NCBI GenBank assembly: GCA_964016885.1
Contig: OZ024761.1
Location: 2,046,001 to 2,110,000 of the forward strand
Reading direction: 5' to 3'
Origin: Eledone cirrhosa
Taxonomy: Eukaryota
Length of the DNA stretch: 64,000 bases
Shown: positions 24,480 through 36,576 of the stretch, piece by piece
Position numbering within the stretch: position 1 is the first letter of the stretch
Layout: the number at the start of each line of letters is the position of its first letter
Position numbers and translations under genes: made by a program
The notes under the pieces: model-generated
The model's database searches: none
Told to the model about the DNA's origin: nothing
Seen by the model: only the letters and a program-made list of their open reading frames with translations

Positions 24480-26431
24480 TAAAAGAGGAAAAGAGATCAC
24501 TCACCCTTTCTCTCCTGGGGACCAGGCCGCACGATTTCCATGGGGGTGTTGGAGGGGTTGTCTGGATGGGTGGTGGTTTCCGGCGGGGTGGGGACGGAGA
24601 TGTTTGGTGGGGTGGGGTCTGGTGGGATGGGGGTGTCTGGGGTGGGGAGACATTTGAGAAGGACGCGGTTGAGTGGTTTCACGCAGGAATTCCCCACATC
24701 CTTCTCAAATGTTTCTTTTAGAGACCTATAAGTTTGTATAGGGACCCTAATCAGTTTTAGGTTCAGTTTTTTTGCTATTTTTAATAGAGTGGGCGAAAGT
24801 TTTCGCTTCGGTTTTCACCGAAGGGTCGTTCGTGATGGTCTCCATTGGTGTTTTGTTTTCAGTGTTTATGTAAGTGTAAGTGTAATTTTCCTGTGTTGTA
24901 TCCACCATATGTTTTTGTCTGTAGTTCTTGTGTGTGCTTTCGTTTTGTTGTAGGTATTTTGTTTTCAGGAGGTGGGGGTTTTGTTTGTGATGTTTTTGTT
25001 GTTTGTGTTGGTCGTTGTATGTTTGTGGTAGTGTTTGCTGGTTTTTTGCTTTTGTGATGTCTTTTCTTTCTTTTCGAGCGATGGGGTTCTCCCTCGTCTT
25101 CACTGGATGATGGCGAGATAGCCTCATCTGTTGTATCGTCTGTGTGATTGGGGAGGGGTATGTCTTGGGGAGCTGTTGTGTCTGTATGTGATTTTGCAGT
25201 GGTTTTAGGTGAAGTGGGGTTGGGTGGGACTGTGTTTGTTGTGGTTATTTTTGTGTGTTGGTGTTGTTGTTGTTGTGGTGGTGTTGGTGGTTGTGTTGTT
25301 TTGATGGGTGTCGGCAGAAGAGCCTTTTTTTGATTCATTAATTTAGGACAGGAAGCCCTCAGGTGACCCCTGCTAAAGCAATGGTAACATGAAGGCCGCC
25401 TACCCTCAACCGAAAAGTTTATGTAGGTGAGTCCGTCCAGGAGTACACGTTGTGGGATCATAGCTATTCGCTCTGGGCTCATTTGCACCAGAACTTCAAT
25501 GCTAGTCCCATTGAATACATCTCTGGGGGACTTTCCTACTGACAGTATTCTGTCTTCATCAAAATTGATGAAGCCGCACAGTATCCACCATATGTTCACC
25601 TTTGGTGTGACACTCGTGATTTTGATCTTTTGTGTCCTTTTTCCCATGTATGTAGGGAAAAAGGTGTACAGGTTGGATACAATTGGCGACACAGAGTAAT
25701 TTTGGGCCGTCAATTGATCCTTCATGAGTACCGAAATACTCCCAAAAAGTTTGCTTCTTTGAAAGAATGCAATATCATTGAATTTTTGAAAACCAGTTCA
25801 ATTTCTTTCTGTGACAATTGGACTGGTTTTGGGTAGAATTGGAAACTGTCCTAAAAACTATCGTTTTGAGAGCAGTTTCCTTGCAAATTTCTACCGGAGA
25901 ATTGATGCTGAAAGCACCATTTTTTTCGAAAGTGACATATCTCCTAGCGTCCTTTAAAAGTTGTTCAGCATTTGTTATGTCGAGATATATCAGTTCCTCC
26001 TTTTTTTTAACTGTCTGTGCAAAGGAGATTTTTGGTTTCTTTGTGGAATTATCCGTGTTGGTGGTGTTGTCATTATTGTTGTTATTGTTGTTGTTATTCT
26101 TGTTGTCACCGATGTTGATATTATTCGTATTTTCCTTGGTGTTGTTGTTGTCTTTGATGCTGGTGTTATTGGTGTTGTCTTTATTTTTTTCTTTGTTGTT
26201 GTTATCATTGTTGTTTTTATCATCATTATTGGTGTTGCTGTTATTTTTGTTGTCATTGAACTGTTTGGTGTCATTTGTGTTGTTTGGATATGAATTTGTT
26301 TTTGCATTTTCATTTCGTCTTTCCATCTCTATAGTGTCTATTGAGAAGGAAGGGGAAGAAGACGATGTTGACTGCGAGCTTTGTAGTCTTACCGCCTCTC
26401 CACCACCATTATCGTTGGATGCAGCGTTCAT
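24480..26431 (-). pseudogene. Tx1 ORF1 (gag-like), frameshifted
   Basis: ORFs 25775-26431 and 24859-25725; VEGRRPSCYHCFSRGHLRASC zinc knuckle; Asn-rich and Thr/Pro-rich low-complexity tracts. Confidence 0.85.
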
Positions 26432-26679
26432 AACGTAATCAAACTTTTACAATATTTTTTCCAAGATTCGATGGAGAAAAAATTTTTCAAATGGAATGAG
26501 TTGACCCACCACCTGAAGGTCCAGACGGGGGGTCAAGTTACACAATAATATAAAATTTAACTAAAAACTCGCGTTTTTTTCTTACATAAATTAACGGAAA
26601 CTTCTCCGCGAAGTTACACACGTCTGATAGAGAGATAGATAGATAGATAGATAGGTAAATAGATAGGTAAGTTACTTAC

Positions 26680-26812
26680 ACTAGACTTGGTCTCTTGGGC
26701 AATATATTTCTTCATTGCTATCTGCTGAGATGTGGCATCTGTGAGAACACTCAGTTTGGGAATGTTGAAGAAACTGGTCTCCATTGCATGCGATAAACAG
26801 TTTATTATTGAC
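26680..26812 (-). CDS. PLEKHM2: PLEKHM2 exon: RSIINCLSHAMETSFFNIPKLSVLTDATSQQIAMKKYIAQETKSS
   Basis: 133 nt, cag/GTAAGT; matches human SILTDATMEKLALAKFVAQESK. Confidence 0.92.
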
Positions 26813-27108
26813 CTGGTAGGGTGGTAAAATGGTTGGATGGTAGAATGATTGGTTGGTAGAATGGTTAGTTGGATGGTAGAGTGGTTGGTTGGTAGAATGG
26901 TTAGTGGTGGACACACAGACAGAAGTTAGAGAGAAAAGAAAGTAAAATATTGTTTAATTTCATTGGAATTAATTTCAACAATTTAAAAAAATATATTCTA
27001 TTGTGTATTTGTATTAATGTGTGTATGTGTATATATATATATGTGTGTGTGTGTATGTAGAGAAAGAGAGAGATTGAAAAATAAGCCAAACATTGCTATA
27101 TCATATTT

Positions 27109-27168
27109 TAATTTACATGTGTTTCATCCTTGATATTACGAGCTTAATATTAAGAGTCATCAGAATTA
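27109..27168 (-). ncRNA. Type I hammerhead ribozyme motif (left arm of an inverted repeat)
   Basis: Minus strand: taatt CTGATGA ctctta-atatta-agctcg-taatat-caaggat GAAA cacatg TA aatta. Confidence 0.68.
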
Positions 27169-27765
27169 CATAAGATATAACTACCTTAAACATGGCATTA
27201 TGTACGAAAATATAATGAGTTTACAAAACCATCCTGGTATGTTATATTTTCGTACGTAATGTGTTTAAGGTAGCTGTAGCTTATGTAATTCTGATGAGTC
27301 CTTAAAATGAGCTCTTAAAATTAGTTTCTGATTTAGGCACAAGGCCAGCAATTTGGGGGGAGGGAAAAGGTGATTACATCGACCCCAGTGCATTTGTGGT
27401 ACTTTACATTATCGACCCCGTAAGGATGAAAGGCAAAACTAACCTCAGCGGGATTTGAACTCAGAACATAAAGGGGCTAAACAACAGTCAAGAAAGGGTT
27501 AAATATTATGTGACACAGACAGGCAGAGAGACAGGCAGAGGGAGAGGCAGACAAAGAGAGTGACAGAGAGACAGACAGAGGGAGAGGCAGACAGACAGAG
27601 AGAGAGAGAAACAAAGAGACAGACAAAAGAGAAACAGACAGAGAGACAGACAGGCAGTCAGAGTGACAGAGAGACAGAGATACAGACAGAGAGACAGAGT
27701 GACAGAGAGAGTGAAAGACAGAGAGACAGATGGAGAAACAGAGAGAGAGAGAGAGTGTAGCTTAC

Positions 27766-27854
27766 CTAGTAACTTCTTCATCTCCCGTGGTTAGCCAGAA
27801 TTTACGTCTTCGATTGGTACATACTATACTGATAACTTGACTGTTGACACTGAG
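27766..27854 (-). CDS. PLEKHM2: PLEKHM2 exon: LSVNSQVISIVCTNRRRKFWLTTGDEEVT
   Basis: 89 nt, cag/GTAAGC; VCTNRR as in human LVCTNRRKQFLLDTAD. Confidence 0.92.
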
Positions 27855-27857
27855 CTG

Positions 27858-29150
27858 GAATGGTAGGATGGTAGCATGGTAAGGTGGTAGAATGATAAGG
27901 TGTTAGGATGACAGGATTGCAGGGTGGTAGGATGGTAAGGTGGTAGAATGGCAGGGTGGTAACATAGTCGGGTGACGAGCTGGTAGGGTGATGGGATGAC
28001 CGGATGGTAGAATGGCAAGGTGACAAGATGGTAGATTGGTAGGATGGTAGGGTGAGAGGATGACAGGATGGTAGGGTGAGAGGATGGAAGGATGGTTGGG
28101 TGACAGGATCGTAGGATGGTAGGATGGTAGACTGACAGGATGGTAGGATGGTTGGGTGACAGGATGGTAGGGTGACAGGATGGTAGGGTGAGAGGATGGA
28201 AGGATGGTTGGGTGACAGGATGGTAAGGTGACAGGATGGTAGGGTGATAGGATGGTAGGATGTTTGGGTGATAGGATGGTAGGATGTTTGGGTGACAGGA
28301 TGGTAGGATGGTAGGATGGTTGGGTGACAGGATGGTAGGATGGTTGGGTGACAGGATGGTAGGATGGTAAGGTAGTAGGATGGTAGGGTGACAGGATGGT
28401 AGGATGGTAGGGTGACAGGATGGTAGGATTGTAGGATGGTAGGATGGTTGGGTGACAGGATGGTAAGATGGTAGGGTCACAGGATGGTAAGATGGTAAGG
28501 TAGTAGGATGGTAGGGTGACAGGATGGTAGGATGGGAGGATGGTAGGATGGGAGGATGGTAGGGTGACAGGATGGTAAGATGGTAAGGTAGTAGGATGGT
28601 TGGGTGACAGGATGGTAGGATGGGAGGGTGACAGGATGGTAGCATGGTAAGGTGGTAGGATGGTAGGGTGACAGGATGGTAGGATGGTTGGGTGACAGGA
28701 TGGTAGGATGGTAGGGTGACAGGATGGTACGATGGTAGGGTGACAGGATGGTAGGGTGACAGGATGGTAGGATGGTAAGGTAGTAGGATGGTAGGGTGAC
28801 AGGATGGTAGGGTGATAGTATGGTAGGGTGACGGAATGGTAGGATAGTAGGGTGGCAGGATGGTTGGGTGGTAGGATGGTAGGGTGATAGATGGTAGAAT
28901 GGTAGGGTGACAGGATGGTAGGATGGTAAGGTAGTAGGATGGTAGGGTGACAGGGTGGTAGGATGGTAGGGTGATAGGATGGTAGGGTGACAGGTTGGTA
29001 AGATGGTAGGGTGACAGGATAACAGGATGGTACGATGGTAAGGTAGTAGGATGGTAGGGTGACAGGATGGTAGGATGGTAAGGTAGTAGGATGGTAGGGT
29101 AACAGGATGGTAGGATGGTAAGGTAGTTGGATGGTAGGGTGGCAAGTTGA
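27858..29150. repeat. aggatggt / agggtgac 8-bp-module satellite
   Basis: Direct inspection; source of the HPTILP pseudo-ORFs. Confidence 0.95.
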
Positions 29151-29228
29151 CCCAAGGTTAAATGGCACAGACACAAAGGAGACTGGTATAGAGAAATAAT
29201 CCAGTCTGAGCAAGCCTAGGGTTCTTTC

Positions 29229-32200
29229 ACACACAGTCGACACTGTACACACCACATTACACACAGTCCAGAGTGTACACACCACATTACACACAGTCCA
29301 TACTGTACACAACACATTACACACACACAGTCCAGACTGTACACACCACATTACACACAGTCCAGACTGTACACACCACATTACAGACACAGTCCAGACT
29401 GTACACACCACATTACACATACAGTCCAGACTGTACACACCACATTACACACAGTCCAGACTGTACACACACAGTCCAGACTGTACACACCACATTACAC
29501 ACACAGTCCAGACTGTACACACCACATTACACACACAGTCCAGAGTGTACACACCACATTACACACACAGTCCAGAGTGTACACACCACATTACACACAC
29601 AGCCCAGAGTGTACATACCACATTACACACAGTCCGGAGTATACACCACATTACACACACATTCCAGAGTGTACACACCACATTACACACACAGTCCAGA
29701 GTGTACACACCACATTACACACACAGCCCAGAGTGTACACACCACATTACACACACAGTCCAGAGTGTACACACCACATTACACACAGTCCAGAGTGTAC
29801 ACACCACATTACACACACAGTCCAGTGTGTACACACTACCACATTACACACACAGTCCAGAATTTACACACCACATTACACACATAGTCAAGTGTGTACA
29901 CACCACATTACACACATTCCAGTGTGTACACACCACATTACACACAGCCGAGAGTGTACACACCACATTACACAACACAGTCCAGACTGTACACACCACA
30001 TTATACAGTCAGAGTGTACACACCACATTACACAGTCCAGTGTGTACACACCACATTACACAGTCCAGTGTGTACACACCATATTACACACAGTCCAGAG
30101 TGTACACACCATATTACACACACAGTCCAGTGAGTACACACCATATTACACACAGTCCAGTGTGTACACACCTCATTACACAGTTCAGTGTATACACACC
30201 ACATTACAGTCCAGTGTGTACACATCACATTACACACACAGTCCAGAGTTTACACACCACATTACGCACAGTCTAGAGTATACACTCCACATTACAGTCC
30301 AGTGTGTACACACCACATTACACAGTCCAGTGTGTACACACCACATTACACAGTCCAGTGTGTACACATCACATTACACACAGTCCAGACTGTACACACC
30401 ACATTTACACACACAGTCCAGTGTGTACACACCAGACTACACACAGTTCAGTGTGTACAGACTACATTACACAAACAGTCCAGAGTGTACACACCACATT
30501 ACACACACAGTCCAGAGTGTACACACCACATGACACACACAGTCCAGAGTGTACACACCATATTACACACACAGTCCAGTGAGTACACACCACATTACAC
30601 ACAGTCTAGAGTGTACAAACCACATTACACAGTCCAGTGTGTACACACCACATTACACACAGTCCAGAGTGTACACACCACATTACACACAGTCCAGTGT
30701 GTACACACTACATTACACACAGTCCAGACTTTACAAACCACATTACGCACAGTCCAGTGTGTACACACCACATTACACACAGTCCAAACTGTACACACTA
30801 CATTACACACAATCCAGTGTGTACACACCATATTACACACAGTCCAGAGTGTAAACATCACATTACACACACAGTCCAGTGTGTACACACCACATCACAC
30901 ACAGTCAAAGTGTACACATCACATTACACATAGTCCAGTGTGTACACATCACATTAGACACACAGTCCAGTGCGTACACACCCCATTACACATAGTCAAG
31001 CGAGTACACATCACATTACACACACAGTCCAGTGTGTACACACCACATTACACAGAAAGTCCGGTGTGTACACACCACATTACACAGACAGTCCAGTGTG
31101 TACACACCACATTACACACAGTCCAGTGTGTACATATCACATTACACAGTCCAGAGAGTACACACCAAATTACACACACAGCCCAGTGAGTACACACCAC
31201 ATTACACACAGACCAGTGTGTACACACCACATTACAGTGTCCAGAGAGTACCCACCACATTACACACACAGTCCAGTGTGTACACACCACATTACACACA
31301 GTCCAGAGTGTACACACCACATTACACACAGTCCAGAGTGTACACACCACATTACACACACAATCCAATGTGTACACACCAGATTACACACACAGTCCAG
31401 AGTGTACACACCTCATTACACACAGTCCAGTGTGTACACACCACATTACACACAGTCCAGTGTGTACACACCATATTACACACAGTCCAGAGTGTACACA
31501 TCAAATTACACACAGTCCAGAGTGTACACATCAAATTACACACACAGTCCAGTGTGTACACACCATATTACACATAGTCCCGTGTGTACACACCACATTA
31601 CACACAGTTCACTGTGTACAAACCACATTACACACAGCCCAGAGTGTACACACCACATTACACACACAGTCCAGTGAGTACACATCACATTACACACAGT
31701 CCAGAGTGTACACACCACATTACACAGTCCAGAGTGTACCCACCACATCACACAGTCCAGTGTGTATACACCACATAACACACAGACCAGAGTGTACACA
31801 TCACATTACACACACAGTCCAGTGTGTACACATCACATTACACACACAGTCCAGTGTGTACACACCACATTACACACAGTCCAGTGTGTACACATCACAT
31901 TACACACAGCCCAGAGCGTACACCACATTACACAGCCCAATGTGTACACACCAGATTACAGACACAGTCCAGAGTTTACACACCACATTACACACAGTCC
32001 AGAGTGTACACACCACATTACACACAGTCCAGTGTGTACACACCACATTACACACAGCCCAGTGTGTACACACCTCATTACACAGTCCAGTGCGTTTACA
32101 CCATATTACACATACAGCCCAGAGTGTACACACCACATTACACACAGTCCAGTGTGTACACACCACATTATACACAGTCCAGTGTGTACACACCATATTA

Positions 32201-35059
32201 CACATACAGCCCAGAGTGTACACACCACATTACACACTGTCCAGTGTGTACACACCACATTACACACTGTCCAGAGTGTACACATCACATTACACACAGT
32301 CCAGTGTGTACACACCACATTACACATAGTCCAGTGTGTACACACCACATTACACACAGTCCAGTGTGTACACACCACATTACACACAGTCCAGAGTGTA
32401 CGCACCAGATTACACACACAGCCCAGTGAGTACACACCACATTACACACAGTCCAGTGTGTACACACCACATTACACAGTCCAGAGTGTACACACCACAT
32501 TACACATAGTCCAGAGTGTACATACCACATTACACACAGTCCAGTGAGTACACACCACATTACACACAGTCCAGTATGTACACACCACATTACACACAGC
32601 CCAGTGTGTACACACCACATTATACACAGTCCAGTGTGTTTACACCATATTACACATACAGCCCAGAGTGTACACACCACATTACATACAGTCCAGAGTG
32701 TACACACCAGATTACACACACAGCCCAGTGAGTACACACCACATTACACACAGTCCAGTGTGTACACACCACATTACGCAGTCCAGAGTGTACACACCAC
32801 ATTACACATAGTCCAATGTGTACACACCACAGTACGCACACATTCCAGTGTGTACACACCACATTACACACAGTCCAGAGTGTACATACTACATTACACA
32901 CAGTCCAGTGAGTACACACCACATTACACACAGTCCAGTATGTACACACCACATTACACATAGTCCAGTGTGTACACACCACATTACACACACAGTCCAG
33001 AGTTTACACACCACATTACACACAGTCCAGTGTGTACACACCACATTACACACAGTCCAGAGTGTACACACCACATTACACACAGTCCAGAGTGTACACA
33101 CCACATTACACACACAGCCCAGTGAGTACACACCACATTACACACAGTCCAGTGTGTACACACCACATTACACACAGTCCATAGTGTAATCACCACATTA
33201 CACACAGTCCAGAGTGTACTCACCACATTACACACAGTAGTGTGTACACACCACATTACACACATAGTCCATTGTGTACACACCACACTACACACAGTCC
33301 AGAGTGTACACGCCACAGTACAACACAGTCCAGTGTATACACACCACATTACACACAGTCCAGAGTGTACACATCACATTACACACACAGTCCAGTGTGT
33401 ACATACCACATTACACAGTCCAGTATGTACACACCACATTACACACACAGTCCAATGTGTACACGCCAGATTACACACACAGTCCAGAGTGTACACACCT
33501 CATTACACACAGTCCAGTGTGTACACACCACACAGCACACAGACCAGTGTGTACACACCACATTACACACCGTCCAGTGTGTACACACCATATTACACAC
33601 AGTCCAGAGTGTACACATAAAATTACACACACAGTCCAGTGCGTACACACCATATTACATATAGTCCCGTGTGTACACACCACATTACACACAGTCCAGT
33701 GTACAAACCACATTACACACAGTCCAGAGTGTACACACCACATTACACACACAGTCCAGAGTTTACACATCACATTACACTCAGTCCAGAGTGTACACAC
33801 CACATTACATAGTCTAGAGTGTATATATCGCATTACACAGTCCAGTGTGTACACACCACATTCCACAGTCTAGTGTGTACACACCACATTACACAGTCCA
33901 GTGTGTACACACAACATTACACACAGACCAGAGTGTACACATCACATTACACACACAGTCTAGTGTGTACACACCACATTACACACAGTCCAGTGTGTAC
34001 ACATCACATTACACACACAGCCCAGAGCGTACACCACATTACACCCAGTCCAATGTGTACAGACCAGATTACACGCACAGTCCAGAGTTTACACACCACA
34101 TTACACACAGTCCAGAGTGTACACACCACATTACACACAGTCCAGTGTGTACACACCACATTACACACAGTCCAGTGTGTACACACCACATTACACACAG
34201 TCCAGTGTGTACACACCATATTACACATACAGCCCAGAGTGTACACACCACATTATACACTGTCCAGTGTGTACACACCACATTACACACTGTCCAGAGT
34301 GTACACATCACATTACACACAGTCCAGTGTGGACACACCACATTACACATAGTCCAGTGTGTACACACCACATTACACACAGTCTAGTGTGTACACACCA
34401 CATTACACACAGTCCAGAGTGTACACAGCAGATTACACACACAGCACAGTGAGTACACACCACATTACACACAGTCCAGTGTGTACACACCACATTACAC
34501 AGTCCAGAGTGTACACACCACATTACACATAGTCCAGTGTGTACACACCACATTACACACAGTCCAGAGTGTACATACCACATTACACACAGTCCAGAGT
34601 GTACATACCACATTACACACAGTCCAGTGAGTACACACCACATTACACACAGTCCAGTATGTACACACCACATTACACATAGTCCAGTGTGTACACACCA
34701 CATTACACACACAGTCCAGAGTTTACACACCACATTACACACAGTCCAGTGTGTACACACCACATTACACACAGTCCAGTGAGTACACACCATATTACAC
34801 ATCTAGAGTGTACACACCACATTACATACACTCCAGTGAGTACACACCACATTACACACAGTCCAGTGTGTACACACCACATTACACACACAGTCCAGTG
34901 TGTACCCAGCACATTACACACAGTCGAGTGAGTACACACCACATTACACACAGACGAGTGAGTACACACCACATTACACACAGCCCAGTCAGTACACACC
35001 ACATTACACACAGTCCAGAGTTTACACACCACATTTCACACAGTCCATTGAGTACCTAC
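29229..35059. repeat. About 5.8-kb satellite with 28/30/32-bp unit
   Basis: acacagtccagtgtgtacacaccacattac; source of the HTTLHTVQ/YTPHYT pseudo-ORFs. Confidence 0.98.
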
Positions 35060-35215
35060 AGAGATATAATCCAGTTCATGGAACGGAATGGTAGAATCTT
35101 TAATAAACTTCTGATCTCCAATGTGTTGTTTGAGCAAATATATACTTCCAACTGTAATTACTACAAAAACAGGAGTTGTCTGCCCTTCATTCTGGCCTTC
35201 GTGAGTGACAAACAT
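35060..35215 (-). CDS. PLEKHM2: PLEKHM2 exon: MFVTHEGQNEGQTTPVFVVITVGSIYLLKQHIGDQKFIKDSTIPFHELDYIS
   Basis: 156 nt, cag/GTAGGT; matches human ...VYLLRK...YNELDYVS. Confidence 0.9.
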
Positions 35216-36397
35216 CTGTGAAAGAGAAAGAGTAACAGTGAACTTGGGGAGTGAAAAAGGTTTATACAGTATATAGGATTATATAGAGAATATTAACCTG
35301 GCACAGCATTAAAGTGAGGTTACTCTATTTGGCAAATATTTATGAATTGCTTCCCTTGTCACTGCATTAGGTATTAAGATTAATATACACAGATACAATA
35401 ACAATAGTCACACTAGTGATGAAAGACAGAATACAAACACACACAGACACGAATACACACCAAATTGAAAACACGCCCACAAACGCATGCACAAACAGAG
35501 ATAAATAAATGAAATGGAATAAGAAAACATTACAAAAATACAATGAGAGGAAACAATAATATCACTGGTGATGTCACAGGTGTGTGACGAAAGAACTCTG
35601 AGAAGCTCTATTTATATCTATATTTTTTTAACTGTTGGTCAATCAATGATAAACATTGATTGCCAACTGAATTATTTATAGAAATATAAAATATACTGAA
35701 GTGAAAACTAACCCAACCGAAACAGTGAGTGTGTTTTACTATATATTTCTGTCAATATTATAATAACATGACCCTCCCCAAATATAACAATAGGAGAGTA
35801 TTCTATCAGCGATTCAATACGCCTGGAGCCTCCAGAAGGTTAACATGTTAAAACAAACAAACATTTTTGGACAAAAATATAAGAGTCATACCAGGGTTTC
35901 TGACACTACAGAGGTGCGTGACCTAGTGGTTAGAGTTTGGACTCATGATTTATATAGTTGAAAGTTCGATTCCAAGGATAGGTGGCGCATTCTTGAGCAA
36001 GATCATTTATTTCATATTGCTGTTCATGATAAGACTACGGCCCCTTATCATTAAAACATCCCCAGAGACTTCCTATGAAATGAAATCTCACAGGAGGTCT
36101 GTTGAACAGGCATAGGTATCATCAGCAGAGAATTTAATTTGTGTTTTATATCAGCGTTACACACTGCCACCAAGCAAATAAGAACAACTAATATCTTGAA
36201 TAATAAATACATTATTACTTCAATCTCCACACACCCTATTATATAAGGACCTAATAAAAAAGCACACTTCACACACACATACATAACCCATACTTAACGC
36301 CAATAACTCACACAACCGACACACCAGACAGCCACAACATTAACACTACAGAAAGACGACAATAACAATAATAATAATGATAATGTGTAATTCAAAC

Positions 36398-36464
36398 CTT
36401 AAGGAATTTCTCATTTTCTTCAAATATTTCCAGCATTAGATAGAGTAGAATGTGGTTATCTATC
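36398..36464 (-). CDS. PLEKHM2: PLEKHM2 exon: (M)IDNHILLYLMLEIFEENEKFLK
   Basis: 67 nt, tttcag/GTTTGA; matches human VDNNHLLLLMIHVFRENEEQLFK; resolves the phase-2 junction. Confidence 0.9.
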
Positions 36465-36576
36465 CTGAAATGGAGGATAAATAATGAAAATATATACAGA
36501 TCACCATCATCATGATCATTACCATCAGCACCATCACCACAATCAACACCACCACCACCATCACCACTATATATAT

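Larger units (their letters stand above)
21077..26625 (-). mobile_element. Near full-length Tx1/L1-clade non-LTR retrotransposon (copy A), degenerate
   Basis: ORF1 with CCHC knuckle, then ORF2 with APE endonuclease, RT and C-terminal zinc finger; 3' end AATAAAGAAA followed by (TATC)n; frameshifts. Confidence 0.93.

Noticed and set aside
25818-26438. 206-aa Leu-rich membrane-like ORF on the plus strand
   Set aside because: Antisense shadow of the (AAC)n-rich Tx1 ORF1.
27824-35221. Long His/Thr/Pro/Tyr- or Cys/Val-rich ORFs (up to 511 aa)
   Set aside because: Translations of satellite DNA open in several frames on both strands; they lie in an intron between conserved exons.
35692-35750. CTGAAGT...CGAAAC hammerhead-like spacing
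   Set aside because: Core A9 missing and stem II does not pair.
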